This document shows positions 36,133 through 46,235 of a stretch of 64,000 nt of DNA, in pieces; positions within the stretch are counted from its first letter, which is position 1, and each line of letters starts with the position of its first letter. This stretch comes from Candidatus Komeilibacteria bacterium (GTDB lineage: Bacteria; Patescibacteriota; Patescibacteriia; UBA1558). A program made the position numbers and the translations under genes. The notes beneath the pieces were generated by a model. The model ran no database searches. It had not been told where the DNA came from and worked only from the letters and a program-made list of their open reading frames with translations. The stretch is taken from positions 212,919-276,918 of the forward strand of contig JBLYPW010000001.1 in the NCBI GenBank assembly GCA_048538275.1, written 5' to 3'.

Positions 36133-36696
36133 ATGGGAAATTTTAGTCATTATTTTACTTTAGTTTTAGCTTGGGGTACGCTTTTGTTGGATATTGGTAT
36201 AGTAGTTTTATTATTGTGGTGGTTGCTTCAGTTTTTACGTAAGCGACAGCATAAGAATTTGTTGTGTGTTCATAGCTGGCAATGGCTCTCGGCGCATGCT
36301 GGAAAATTAGCTTGGGCATTGGCGGTGTTGGCGACAGCCGGTAGCTTGACCTATTCTGGCATTATTGGTTTTGAACCGTGTCGGCTGTGTTGGTGGCAAA
36401 GAATATTTATGTATCCGCAGGTTATTTTATTATGGTCTGCCTGGCGTGGAAAATTAGCCAATTTGCGATGGTATAGTTTATTGATGGTGGTGATCGGCGC
36501 TGCTATTGCTAAGTACCATTATATTATGCAGCTGGGGTGGGTGAATGCTGGCTCTTGCGATGCGCTTGGTTATTCATCCGCTTGTTCTCAGCGCTTTGTT
36601 TTAAATTTTGGTTATATCACCATACCCATGATGGCAGCTACGGTTTTTGCTGGTATTGCGATTTTGTTGTTAATTAATTGGTGGGAGAATAGATAA
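36133..36696 (+). CDS. dsbB: Disulfide bond formation protein B (DsbB/BdbC-like)
   Basis: PCRLCWWQRIFMYP, second Cys pair, FGYITIP. Confidence 0.88.
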   Translation: MGNFSHYFTLVLAWGTLLLDIGIVVLLLWWLLQFLRKRQHKNLLCVHSWQWLSAHAGKLAWALAVLATAGSLTYSGIIGFEPCRLCWWQRIFMYPQVILLWSAWRGKLANLRWYSLLMVVIGAAIAKYHYIMQLGWVNAGSCDALGYSSACSQRFVLNFGYITIPMMAATVFAGIAILLLINWWENR

Positions 36697-36699
36697 TGT

Positions 36700-37281
36700 A
36701 TGGCTTATCCGAGAAAAGACGCGCCTAGTGATTGGCCGATTGATCCGTTACTAGCCAAGCGTTGGAGCCAGGTTTTGTTCTCTGACAGGCTAATTACAGA
36801 GGAACATATTCATAGCTTATGGGAAGCTGTGCGTTGGACGCCGTCTTCTAGCAATGAACAGCCCTGGCGCATTATTTACGCTACTTGGGATCAGCCGGAA
36901 GCTTTTCAGCAATTAGCTAGTTTGCTAAATAGCGGCAATGCCTTTGCCAAAAAAGCTTATTTATTAGCAGTATTAGCAGGTGTTACTAAGTCGGCCTATA
37001 CAGATAAAAATAAATATGCTGAGCATGACACGGGTGCAGCAATGCAAAGTTTATTATTACAAGCAGCTGCCTTAGGTTTGGCAGCGCATCCCATGGCTGG
37101 TTTTGATCGCCAGCGGGCATTGGTTGCATTACCATGGGATGAAGAAGTGAAGGTTTTGACCATGGTGGCGATTGGTTATCCGGGCGATGAGAAAGAGGCG
37201 ACAGATGATTTATTGGTCAGGCACGGAAATTCACGTCAACGAAAGCAGCAATCTGAGTTTGTTAAATTATTAAAAAAATAA
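36700..37281 (+). CDS. Nitroreductase family protein
   Basis: KRWS, WTPSSSNEQPWR, HDTGAA, HPMAGFD, IGYPG. Confidence 0.92.
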   Translation: MAYPRKDAPSDWPIDPLLAKRWSQVLFSDRLITEEHIHSLWEAVRWTPSSSNEQPWRIIYATWDQPEAFQQLASLLNSGNAFAKKAYLLAVLAGVTKSAYTDKNKYAEHDTGAAMQSLLLQAAALGLAAHPMAGFDRQRALVALPWDEEVKVLTMVAIGYPGDEKEATDDLLVRHGNSRQRKQQSEFVKLLKK

Positions 37282-37910
37282 TGTCATTACAAAAGAGGAA
37301 TAATGTTTATAAGGTGGTCCGTCGTTCGGTGAACAGCTTGGCGACGGTTATTTTATTGTTTGCGATTTATTATGGTTGGCGGCGGCATTGGCCGGCGGCA
37401 ATTGGTTTTGGTATCTATGGCGTGGGCTTGTTTACGCCTCGTTATTTGTATCAGCGTAGTCATTGGTGGCAGAAAGTTTTTAATCAAGGGATGTTGACCA
37501 CTATGGAGCTTTTGCTTGGCACAGCATTGATTGTATCCAGCTTGGGTTATGTTTGGCTATTTAATGAAGCCAAGTGGTTTAATTTTGATAGTTATGCTCA
37601 TTTCATTATTGTGTTTATGCTAACATTATTATTAGCCATTATTTTAACTATTTGGCAGCATAAAAAAAACAAAGTTCGGGATAAAAAAACTTTGATTATG
37701 CAAACTATAATTTTAGTAATGGTCGGGATGTTTGCTTGGGAATTGTTTGAATTTATCGTATCAACTATTTTGCAAATTGATTTTTATGGACAAATAGGTC
37801 AGCCACTTGATACTTGGTATGATATTTTAGCTGGTATGGCTAGTTTGCCGATATCAGGCCTATTGATTTATAAATATCATGATATTTGGTTAAAACATTG
37901 GCTCGCCTAG
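37281..37910 (+). CDS. Multi-TM hypothetical protein
   Basis: Several TMs; FDSYAHF...WELFEF...DTWYDI motif. Confidence 0.7.
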   Translation: MSLQKRNNVYKVVRRSVNSLATVILLFAIYYGWRRHWPAAIGFGIYGVGLFTPRYLYQRSHWWQKVFNQGMLTTMELLLGTALIVSSLGYVWLFNEAKWFNFDSYAHFIIVFMLTLLLAIILTIWQHKKNKVRDKKTLIMQTIILVMVGMFAWELFEFIVSTILQIDFYGQIGQPLDTWYDILAGMASLPISGLLIYKYHDIWLKHWLA

Positions 37911-37951
37911 TAGGACGTGATTTTTTTTGATAAATATTATATAATAAAAGT

Positions 37952-38560
37952 ATGATAAACAAAGGAGCTAAATCAATCATATTTATTTTCGCGGCTTTGC
38001 TTTTGTTGACACCTTTGGCTAGCCAAGCTTTTAGTTGGCATTGGTGGTGGCAGGATGATAGCGAGCCTGTTGTATCGACTCCAGCTCAGCTGACCATGAT
38101 GCAAAAAAATCAAGTCCAGGTTAAGTATGATGCTTGGAATAATGCTTGGCAGAAAAAAGACATTTCTTTGCTATTGCAACAGCCAGAGAATTTACAATGG
38201 AGCGGAGAGGAATTGAATTATATTATTACACAGGCGATCGCGGATGATGAGAATATTCCGGTGCATGATGTACAGATTGCTTTGGCTGATAGGGAAGTGA
38301 CTATTACCGGCACTATACTCAAACCTTTAAGCGGAGATTTTGAATTGGTAGTGCGTCCAGTTTCTTTGGGCAGTGAGTTATATTTTTATGTAGCCAAAGT
38401 TCGTTTCAAAGGTTTTTATTTTCCTAAATTTATCGCCAGTCGTTTGCTGGATAGTTATCTTGAGCCGGTATTGCAATGGCTTTATACAGCGCCTAATTAT
38501 GACACGATAGATTTGCTTAGCAGCGATGATGGCTTGAGCTTATCTTACACTTATCAATAA
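37952..38560 (+). CDS. Secreted hypothetical protein
   Basis: Signal peptide ending ASQA; beta-rich C-terminal part. Confidence 0.7.
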   Translation: MINKGAKSIIFIFAALLLLTPLASQAFSWHWWWQDDSEPVVSTPAQLTMMQKNQVQVKYDAWNNAWQKKDISLLLQQPENLQWSGEELNYIITQAIADDENIPVHDVQIALADREVTITGTILKPLSGDFELVVRPVSLGSELYFYVAKVRFKGFYFPKFIASRLLDSYLEPVLQWLYTAPNYDTIDLLSSDDGLSLSYTYQ

Positions 38561-38572
38561 TTTTCAGTTTAT

Positions 38573-38605
38573 AAAACCCCGCCGTTAGCAAACGGCGGGG
38601 TTTTT
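38573..38605. terminator. Terminator
   Basis: AAAACCCCGCCGTT/AACGGCGGGGTTTTT. Confidence 0.85.
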
Positions 38606-38625
38606 GTAAAGCATTGACTAACTCT

Positions 38626-38658
38626 AAAATCAGTAGTCTGCCTCAGGCTACTGATTTT
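38626..38658 (-). terminator. Terminator after rpmB
   Basis: AAAATCAGTAG...CTACTGATTTT. Confidence 0.65.
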
Positions 38659-38824
38659 ATTTATTCATAGTCTTTATGCAACGAGTACAGACTTTTTTCC
38701 GTTGGCCATCAATTACTTTAGTTTGCAGGTTTATCTTTACCTGCCGTTTAGTCTTGATTTGAGAGTGGCTCTTGGTTTGTCCGGCAGTTGTACCGCGTCC
38801 GCAGACTGCGCAGTTTTTCGCCAT
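38657..38824 (-). CDS. rpmB: 50S ribosomal protein bL28
   Basis: MAKNCAVCG..SHSQIKTKR..NLQ..VCTRCIK. Confidence 0.93.
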   Translation of the reverse strand: MAKNCAVCGRGTTAGQTKSHSQIKTKRQVKINLQTKVIDGQRKKVCTRCIKTMNK

Positions 38825-38863
38825 ATTGCTAAGATTAATGTATAATAAAATCAAAGTGTCTCC

Positions 38864-38892
38864 AGTTTACTAGATTTATTGTTTAGTGTCAA
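38864..38892 (-). promoter_or_regulatory. Sigma70 promoter of rpmB
   Basis: TTGACA-17-TAAACT on - strand. Confidence 0.65.
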
Positions 38893-38899
38893 GGTTTAT

Positions 38900-39532
38900 A
38901 TGATGATTATAATAAAAATTTTATCTATTTTGTACGCCATTATTGTACATGAAGTGGCACATGGCTATATTGCCTTGCGGCAGGGTGATCCCACCGCCAA
39001 GCTAGATGGTAGGTTAACTTTTAATCCCATACCGCATTTGGATATGTTTGGTTCTATTATTTTGCCAGGTTTATTGTTGCTTAGCGGCAGTCCATTGGTA
39101 ATTGGTTGGGCCAAGCCGGTTATGGTAAATCCTTTAAATTTTAAAAATCAACGTTGGGGCAATACTTTAGTGTCTTTAGCCGGCCCGGCCGCCAATTTAT
39201 TGAGTGCTATTATTTTTGGATTATTATTAAAAATTTTATTGGGTGGTGGTTATTTAGCAGCTAATAATTATTTAATCATCTTCTTATGGTATTTGATGAT
39301 GATTAATATTGTTTTAATGGTGTTTAATTTAATTCCTATACCGCCACTAGATGGTTCCAAGTTTTTATTTGATGTATTACCGCCGCGTTGGGATGCTTTT
39401 AAGCTATTTTTAATGCGCCAAGGCCCTATTATTTTATTAGGTATTTTGATTATAGACAGCTGGTTGGGATTGGGTTTATTCGCCGGTTTGATCAATTGGT
39501 TTATCAATATTTTCAATAGTTTCTTGTTTTAA
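38900..39532 (+). CDS. Site-2 protease (M50) family
   Basis: HEVAH, AGPAAN, FNLIPIPPLDGS. Confidence 0.93.
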   Translation: MMIIIKILSILYAIIVHEVAHGYIALRQGDPTAKLDGRLTFNPIPHLDMFGSIILPGLLLLSGSPLVIGWAKPVMVNPLNFKNQRWGNTLVSLAGPAANLLSAIIFGLLLKILLGGGYLAANNYLIIFLWYLMMINIVLMVFNLIPIPPLDGSKFLFDVLPPRWDAFKLFLMRQGPIILLGILIIDSWLGLGLFAGLINWFINIFNSFLF

Positions 39533-39553
39533 AGTAGTTTTTTCTAAATAGGC

Positions 39554-39582
39554 TTGACGGTTATTGGGGCTTGTGCTATTAT
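39554..39582 (+). promoter_or_regulatory. Sigma70 promoter of str operon
   Basis: TTGACG-17-TATTAT with extended TG. Confidence 0.65.
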
Positions 39583-39721
39583 TCCGTCATCCCTACTAAT
39601 TTGAATTATTAGACAATTTGGTGAATCGTGGCTGATAACTAACCCTGCTTGGGTATGGTTATCTTTTTTTGCCAGATTTTATCAGTACAATTTAAGCAAT
39701 TTAAATAATTGTTAGCATAAT

Positions 39722-40153
39722 ATGCCAACTATAAATCAACTGTTAAAAAATCCAAGAAAAAAGCAGAAAGAAAAGGCTAAGACACCGGCTTTGCGGTATA
39801 CTTTAAATACCTTAAAGCGTAAGCGAGATGAACACGCCCAAGGTGCTCCTTTTAAGCGGGGAGTATGTGTCAAAGTAACAACTACCACACCTAAAAAACC
39901 AAACTCTGCTTTGCGTAAGATTGCCAGGGTGAGATTATCCAATGGTATGGAAGTGACTGCTTATATTCCGGGTGAAGGTCATAATTTGCAAGAGCACTCT
40001 ATTGTTTTGTTGCGCGGCGGTCGTGTACGCGATTTGCCCGGCGTTCGTTATCATGTAGTGCGTGGCGTTTATGATACACAAGGCGTGGCCAATCGTAAGC
40101 AAAGTCGCTCTATGTATGGCGCTCGTAAAGAAAAAGAAGGCAAATCAGAATAG
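39722..40153 (+). CDS. rpsL: 30S ribosomal protein uS12
   Basis: [22 protein letters not shown]. Confidence 0.99.
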   Translation: MPTINQLLKNPRKKQKEKAKTPALRYTLNTLKRKRDEHAQGAPFKRGVCVKVTTTTPKKPNSALRKIARVRLSNGMEVTAYIPGEGHNLQEHSIVLLRGGRVRDLPGVRYHVVRGVYDTQGVANRKQSRSMYGARKEKEGKSE

Positions 40154-40199
40154 ATAGCCATAATTACAGATTTATTCTTTTAACTAAATTAAGAAATAT

Positions 40200-40667
40200 A
40201 TGAGAGGTAAACCAGCCCCAAAACGAAAAATTCATCCTGATGCCAAATTTAACAATGTTTTACTTGGTAAATTGATTAATTATATTATGCGTGATGGCAA
40301 GAAAACCACTGCTCAGCACGTTGTCTATGATTGTTTTACTATAATTTCCAAGAAATCAAAGCAGGATGCTATGGCAGTGTTTGATGAAGCTATAAAAAAT
40401 ATCAGTCCCAGTGTGGAGGTCAAAGGTCGCCGTATTGGCGGTGCTAATTATCAGGTTCCAGTAGTGGTAACAGGTGATCGTAAATTACAACTGGCTTATC
40501 GCTGGTTGATTGAAGCGGCTCGTAATAAAAAAGGCAAAACCATGGCAGAGCGCTTAGCTGATGAATTAATGGCAGCGGCTATTAATGAAGGTGATGCTAT
40601 TAAGAAAAAACAAGACGTGCATCGTATGGCCGAGGCCAATAAGGCTTTTGCTCATTTTGCTCGCTAA
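40200..40667 (+). CDS. rpsG: 30S ribosomal protein uS7
   Basis: RRIGGANYQVP, HRMAEANKAFAH. Confidence 0.99.
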   Translation: MRGKPAPKRKIHPDAKFNNVLLGKLINYIMRDGKKTTAQHVVYDCFTIISKKSKQDAMAVFDEAIKNISPSVEVKGRRIGGANYQVPVVVTGDRKLQLAYRWLIEAARNKKGKTMAERLADELMAAAINEGDAIKKKQDVHRMAEANKAFAHFAR

Positions 40668-40701
40668 TTTATTATTCTCAATTCTTAATTTTTAAATTTT
40701 T

Positions 40702-42798
40702 ATGTCTAGAGATTATCCTTTAGAAAAAGTACGCAATATTGGTATTATTGCCCATATTGATGCCGGTAAGACCACTGTTACAGAGCGAATTTTGTTTTAT
40801 ACTGGTAAAAAACATAAAATCGGCGAGGTGCATGAAGGCGCCGCAGAAATGGATTGGATGGAGCAGGAACAGGAGCGTGGTATTACTATTACTTCAGCTG
40901 CAACCACTTGTTTTTGGGCTTCCCGTAATAAAGCTGACGACATCCACCGTATAAATATTATTGATACTCCGGGTCACGTTGACTTTACTGCTGAGGTAGA
41001 GCGCTCTTTGCGCGTATTGGATGGTGGTGTAGTTATTTTTGATGGCGTGGCTGGTGTAGAGCCGCAGTCTGAAACCGTTTGGCATCAGGCGGACAAATAT
41101 GAAGTGCCCCGTATCTGTTTTATCAATAAAATGGATCGTATGGGCGCTGATTTTTATTATGATATTAAAACTATTGCGGATCGTCTCACAAAAAAGGCTT
41201 ATCCAGCACAGTTGCCCATTGGTGCGGCTGAGACTTTTCAAGGTTTGATAGATTTATTGACTCGTAAAGCTTACATTTATAAAGATGATTTGGGTAAAGA
41301 AATTGAAGAAACTGAAGTGCCGGCTGATATGAAGGATAAAGTAGAAGAATACCGTAGTAAATTGGTAGAGGCTATTGTGGAAAATGATGAAAATCTTATG
41401 GAGCAATATTTGGGTGGTACAGAGCCTGATTTGGCAGACTTGCGCAAAGGTTTGCGTAAGGGCGTTATTGCCAATGAAATAGTACCCATTTTTGTCGGTA
41501 CAGCTCTAAAAAATAAGGGCGTCCAATTTTTATTGGATGCAGTGGTAGAGTATTTACCTTCGCCATTGGATGTACCTGCTATTAAAGGACATGCTTTGGA
41601 TAATGAAGAAGAAGCTATTGCTCGACACGCTTCTGATGAAGAGCCATTGTCGGTATTAGCTTTTAAAATCGCTACTGATCCATATGTCGGTAAATTATGT
41701 TTTGTTCGGGTTTATTCTGGAGTATTAAAGACTGGCACTTATGTTTATAACAGCACTAAGCGTGGCAAGGAAAGAGTTGGTCGTATTGTACGTATGCACG
41801 CTAATCATCGGGAAGAAGTAGATGAGATTTACGCTGGTGAGATCGCTGCGGTAGTCGGTTTGAAAAATACTACTACTGGCGATACCTTGTGTGACGAAAA
41901 TAATCCAGTTGTATTGGAGTCAATCACTTTCCCAGAACCGGTTATTTCTGTCGCCATTGAGCCGAAAACTAAGGCCGACCAGGAAAAGATGGGCACGGCT
42001 TTGGTTAAATTAGCAGAGGAAGACCCTACTTTCCAAGTTCATACTGATGAAGAAACTTTACAAACTATTATTGCTGGTATGGGTGAGCTGCACCTGGATA
42101 TTATTGTTGATCGTATGAAACGTGAATTTCAGGTGGAGGCTAATGTCGGCGCGCCACAGGTAGCTTATAAAGAAACGATAAGGGCAGAAGCTGAAGCAGA
42201 AGGGAAGTATATTCGTCAGTCTGGTGGTCGCGGTCAATATGGACATTGTTTGTTACGAGTTGAGCCTCAAGAAAGAGGAGCTGGCTTTATTTTTATGGAC
42301 GAACTGAAAGGCGGTGTTATACCAAAAGAATATGTCCCGGCTGTAGAAAAAGGTGTAAAAGAAGCATTAACCAATGGTATTTTAGCTGGTTATCCCTTGA
42401 TTGATATTAAAGTTACAGTTTTTGATGGTTCTTATCATGAGGTGGATTCTTCTGAAGCTGCTTTTAAAGTAGCTGGTTCTATGGCTTTGCAAGCCGCTTG
42501 TAAAAAAGGTGGTTTAGTATTGTTGGAGCCGGTTATGAAAGTTGAAGTTGTGACCCCTGAAGAATCTATGGGTGATGTGATTGGTGATTTAAATTCTAAG
42601 CGTGCTCAGATTAAGGAAATGAGTGATCGTGGCCAGATGAAGGTAGTAGATGCCGAAGTGCCGCTGGGCGAGATGTTTGGCTATGCCACTTCTTTACGCT
42701 CTCTGAGTAAGGGTCGGGCATCTTATAGTATGGAATTTTCTCATTATGGCGAAGTACCTAAAAACGTGGAAGAAAAGATTGTCGCTGATAATAAATAG
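40702..42798 (+). CDS. fusA: Elongation factor G
   Basis: [30 protein letters not shown]. Confidence 0.99.
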   Translation: MSRDYPLEKVRNIGIIAHIDAGKTTVTERILFYTGKKHKIGEVHEGAAEMDWMEQEQERGITITSAATTCFWASRNKADDIHRINIIDTPGHVDFTAEVERSLRVLDGGVVIFDGVAGVEPQSETVWHQADKYEVPRICFINKMDRMGADFYYDIKTIADRLTKKAYPAQLPIGAAETFQGLIDLLTRKAYIYKDDLGKEIEETEVPADMKDKVEEYRSKLVEAIVENDENLMEQYLGGTEPDLADLRKGLRKGVIANEIVPIFVGTALKNKGVQFLLDAVVEYLPSPLDVPAIKGHALDNEEEAIARHASDEEPLSVLAFKIATDPYVGKLCFVRVYSGVLKTGTYVYNSTKRGKERVGRIVRMHANHREEVDEIYAGEIAAVVGLKNTTTGDTLCDENNPVVLESITFPEPVISVAIEPKTKADQEKMGTALVKLAEEDPTFQVHTDEETLQTIIAGMGELHLDIIVDRMKREFQVEANVGAPQVAYKETIRAEAEAEGKYIRQSGGRGQYGHCLLRVEPQERGAGFIFMDELKGGVIPKEYVPAVEKGVKEALTNGILAGYPLIDIKVTVFDGSYHEVDSSEAAFKVAGSMALQAACKKGGLVLLEPVMKVEVVTPEESMGDVIGDLNSKRAQIKEMSDRGQMKVVDAEVPLGEMFGYATSLRSLSKGRASYSMEFSHYGEVPKNVEEKIVADNK

Positions 42799-42823
42799 TT
42801 TGCAATAGTTGTAATTAGCTTTT

Positions 42824-42853
42824 AATTGACTCAGCCTACGGGCTGAGTCAATT
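42824..42853 (+). terminator. Hairpin/terminator after fusA
   Basis: AATTGACTCAGCC-TACG-GGCTGAGTCAATT. Confidence 0.75.
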
Positions 42854-42906
42854 TATTTGACAAAAATATACCATGCTAATAAAATTCTATAACTAAATAA
42901 AAAAAT

Positions 42907-43317
42907 ATGTCTATTGATTGGGAGCGATTAGTAAAAATTATAAAAAAGACTAAGGAAAAACTAATTATTGCCACAAAGGATGATCTGTTGGTATTGTTAG
43001 ATTTAGATAGTTATGAAAAATTACTTACTCAAAAAACACCAGATTTTATAGCCTCGGCTCATCAAGATAATCAGAATGCATCGGTTGCACCGGTAAAATG
43101 GGAAAACGATGAAAGTGCGGCTGAACATAGTGAGAAAAACGAGTTGGTTGAGGAAAATAAGCAGAGCGATCATCAGGTTAAGTCTTTTACAAATAGCCAG
43201 TTTTCCGCGGTAGGAGATGTTATTGCTACACGGCGCTTGTCTCAGGATTCAGATATTAACAAGCTACCTGATGAGGAGGATGAATATTTTTTTGAAGAAT
43301 TAGATGAAGAATCATGA
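42907..43317 (+). CDS. Hypothetical protein between fusA and tuf
   Basis: Phd/YefM-like N-terminus (VLLDLDSYEKL), acidic tail DEYFFEELDEES. Confidence 0.7.
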   Translation: MSIDWERLVKIIKKTKEKLIIATKDDLLVLLDLDSYEKLLTQKTPDFIASAHQDNQNASVAPVKWENDESAAEHSEKNELVEENKQSDHQVKSFTNSQFSAVGDVIATRRLSQDSDINKLPDEEDEYFFEELDEES

Positions 43318-43449
43318 TTTTATCCACATGATATCCTAGTAAGGATATTTTTTAGTTTTTTTATTATTATAAATATAAATAAAATTGCCTAATATTAGGT
43401 AAATATAGATTCAAGTTCATTTATACGATGCAAAAGAGCCCCATAACCC

Positions 43450-43478
43450 TTGCCAAAATAAAAAACTGGTGTTATAAT
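43450..43478 (+). promoter_or_regulatory. Sigma70 promoter of tuf
   Basis: TTGCCA-17-TATAAT with extended TG. Confidence 0.75.
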
Positions 43479-43617
43479 CCTTACGCAATCAAGCTATTTT
43501 TTTTTACGAAAAAGCCAAGCATGGCGATTTCGTTTCGCTTGCTTGTATAATAAAATATTAATTAATCAATAATTAAGCGCAAATTGGGTAATATTTGCGC
43601 AGAGGAAACATTCACAT

Positions 43618-44808
43618 ATGGCTGAAAATTTTGATAGATCCAAGCCACACGTCAATGTTGGTACTATTGGTCACGTTGACCATGGTAAAACCACTTTAAC
43701 CGCTGCTATTTTAAAGGTATTAGCTGCGGCTGGTAAAATTGCTCAGAATAAGAGTGTTGACCAGATTGACTCAGCTCCCGAAGAAAAAGAGCGCGGCATT
43801 ACTATTGCTACTGCTCACGTTGAGTATCAGAGTGATAAACGTCACTATGCTCACATTGATTGTCCGGGTCACGCTGACTATATTAAGAATATGATTACGG
43901 GTGCAGCCCAGATGGACGGTGCTATTTTGGTAGTATCTGCCGCTGATGGTCCCATGCCTCAGACTCGCGAGCACATATTATTGGCTCGTAATGTTGGTGT
44001 GCCTTATATAGTTGTATTTTTGAACAAGGTAGACCAAGTAGACGATCCCGAGTTGATTGACTTAGTAGAAGAGGAAATTCGTGATCTTTTGAAGAAATAT
44101 GAATTCCCTGGTGATGAAGTGCCTATTATCCGTGGGTCAGCTTTGAAAGCTTTGGAGAGTCCAGATGGTGACGATGCCAAGCCGATTTTAGAGTTGATTG
44201 ACAGATTGGATGAATATATTCCTGAGCCAAAACGCGATGTTGATAAGCCTTTCTTGATGCCTATTGAGGATATCTTCTCTATTGAAGGTCGTGGTACTGT
44301 TGTAACTGGTAGAATTGAACGTGGCGTTGTTAAGGTCAACGAAGAAGTAGAAATTGTCGGTATCCGTGATACCCAAAAAACCGTGGTTACCGGTATTGAG
44401 ATGTTTAATAAATCCTTGGATGAAGGCAGGGCCGGTGATAATGCCGGTGTTCTAATTCGTGGATTGAAGAAAAATGACGTGGAAAGAGGTCAGGTTTTAG
44501 CTAAGCCCGGTTCTGTGACTCCCCATACTGAATTTGAGGCTGAGATTTATATCTTATCCAAAGAAGAGGGTGGTCGTCACACGCCATTTTTCAAAGGTTA
44601 TAAGCCTCAGTTCTACATTCGTACCACTGATGTGACTGGTGATGTTTATGAGTTGCCTGCTGGTACTGAAATGGTTATGCCTGGTGATACCGTTAAGGTA
44701 AAGGTAAAATTGATCACTCCGGTTGCTTTGGAAGAAAAACAACGTTTTGCTGTACGTGAAGGTGGTCATACTGTTGGCGCTGGAGTCGTTACTAGCATTA
44801 TCAACTAA
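43618..44808 (+). CDS. tuf: Elongation factor Tu
   Basis: [21 protein letters not shown]. Confidence 0.99.
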   Translation: MAENFDRSKPHVNVGTIGHVDHGKTTLTAAILKVLAAAGKIAQNKSVDQIDSAPEEKERGITIATAHVEYQSDKRHYAHIDCPGHADYIKNMITGAAQMDGAILVVSAADGPMPQTREHILLARNVGVPYIVVFLNKVDQVDDPELIDLVEEEIRDLLKKYEFPGDEVPIIRGSALKALESPDGDDAKPILELIDRLDEYIPEPKRDVDKPFLMPIEDIFSIEGRGTVVTGRIERGVVKVNEEVEIVGIRDTQKTVVTGIEMFNKSLDEGRAGDNAGVLIRGLKKNDVERGQVLAKPGSVTPHTEFEAEIYILSKEEGGRHTPFFKGYKPQFYIRTTDVTGDVYELPAGTEMVMPGDTVKVKVKLITPVALEEKQRFAVREGGHTVGAGVVTSIIN

Positions 44809-44822
44809 GTTTTGTTTTATCA

Positions 44823-44859
44823 TCCGCAGTTAGCCCGCCTTTGGCGGGCTAACTGCGGA
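44823..44859. repeat. 17-bp perfect inverted repeat after tuf (REP-like or terminator)
   Basis: TCCGCAGTTAGCCCGCC-TTT-GGCGGGCTAACTGCGGA. Confidence 0.75.
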
Positions 44860-44873
44860 CTTTAGATAAATTT

Positions 44874-45215
44874 ATGCCCACAAAAAAAGTTACAAATGAA
44901 GAAGAGGTACAGTCAAGAATTCGCATTAAGTTGCGGGCTTATGACCACAAAGTAATTGACCAGTCAGCCAAGACTATCATAGATACGGCATTGCGCAGCG
45001 GCGCCAAAGTTATCGGGCCTATTCCTTTGCCGATAAATAAGCGTAAATATACGGTTTTAAAATCTACCTTTGTGCATAAGGATTCTCGTGATCAGTTTGA
45101 AACACGTACTCACAAGCGTTTAATTGATATCATAACGCCTAGCGCGCAGACGGTTGATTCTTTAATGAATTTAAGTTTGCCGGCCGGAGTTGACATTGAG
45201 ATAAAAATGACCTAA
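44874..45215 (+). CDS. rpsJ: 30S ribosomal protein uS10
   Basis: [26 protein letters not shown]. Confidence 0.98.
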   Translation: MPTKKVTNEEEVQSRIRIKLRAYDHKVIDQSAKTIIDTALRSGAKVIGPIPLPINKRKYTVLKSTFVHKDSRDQFETRTHKRLIDIITPSAQTVDSLMNLSLPAGVDIEIKMT

Positions 45216-45315
45216 ACTTTGTTACTGATAATCCGCCAATCATTATAATGGGCGGCAGTGTCAGTTTATGAGTATAAAATTAGGTAAAAAAGGAAATTTA
45301 AGAATCAAATAAATA

Positions 45316-45430
45316 GCTCACAAATCCATAAAACGCTGATTAAACAATTTTGTTTAAGAGCGTATTGAGCACCGCGACTTACTGTTTGGGCATTTACTTG
45401 TTAAATACCTAAAAGCGAGTCACGGTTTTT
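45316..45430 (+). promoter_or_regulatory. Structured RNA leader upstream of rplC
   Basis: Two multi-stem hairpins (GCTCA/TGAGC with nested stems; ACCGCGACT/AGTCACGGT). Confidence 0.5.
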
Positions 45431-45443
45431 GTTAAGAAAAAAT

Positions 45444-46226
45444 ATGAAAGCAATTATTGCTAAAAAAATAGGCATGACACAGCTTTTTGCTGATGACGGA
45501 GCGGTAATTCCAGTTACCATGGTTCAGGCTGATCCGGTTGTGGTGACACAGGTCAAAACCAAGGAACGAGACGGTTATGAAGCAGTGCAAATTGGTAGTG
45601 GCAGTCGTCGTAAGATGGCTAAATCATTATTAGGCCATTTACACGGTAAAAAAATGCGTTATGTTCGTGAATTTGCATTATCTCAGGATTTGAAAGTGGG
45701 TGATACTTGGGATGTTTCTATTTTTACAATTGGTGATAAAGTGAAAGTCACTGGCCAATCTAAGGGTAAGGGATTCCAAGGTGTAGTGAAACGTTGGGGT
45801 TTCCACGGTTCGCCGGCTAGCCATGGTCATAAAGATCAGTTGCGCATGCCTGGTTCTATTGGTGCGACAGGTCCAGCCAGAGTTTTTCCCGGTACTCGTA
45901 TGGGTGGTCATATGGGCGATGATAAGACTACTATTGCCGGTGTAGAAATAATGAAAGTTGATATTGATAACAATATTTTGTATATCAAAGGCGCCGTACC
46001 AGGAGCACGTAACGGATTAGTATTGGTATACGGTGATGGTGATTTTTCTCCACAGCAAGATGCTAAAGAAAGTGATGATATGAACCAAACTGAAGCTGTA
46101 GCCAGCCAAGCCAATAATGATGCATCAGCTGAGCAGGAAAAAGCTTCAGCAGCAAAAGATGCTGGAGAAATAAAAGCAGAAACAACCGTTGAAGAAGAGC
46201 CAGTAAAAGCAGCGGCTGCTAAATAA
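45444..46226 (+). CDS. rplC: 50S ribosomal protein uL3 (acidic C-terminal extension)
   Basis: KKIGMTQLF, SKGKGFQGVVKRW, KGAVPG. Confidence 0.98.
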   Translation: MKAIIAKKIGMTQLFADDGAVIPVTMVQADPVVVTQVKTKERDGYEAVQIGSGSRRKMAKSLLGHLHGKKMRYVREFALSQDLKVGDTWDVSIFTIGDKVKVTGQSKGKGFQGVVKRWGFHGSPASHGHKDQLRMPGSIGATGPARVFPGTRMGGHMGDDKTTIAGVEIMKVDIDNNILYIKGAVPGARNGLVLVYGDGDFSPQQDAKESDDMNQTEAVASQANNDASAEQEKASAAKDAGEIKAETTVEEEPVKAAAAK

Positions 46227-46235
46227 TTATTATAT

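Noticed and set aside
43315-43317. Alternative genetic code (TGA=Gly)
   Set aside because: TGA ends genes at natural positions (43317, 63016) and long ORFs are intact under code 11
43320-43328. Perfect DnaA box TTATCCACA
   Set aside because: Isolated; no box cluster or dnaA nearby, so no oriC call
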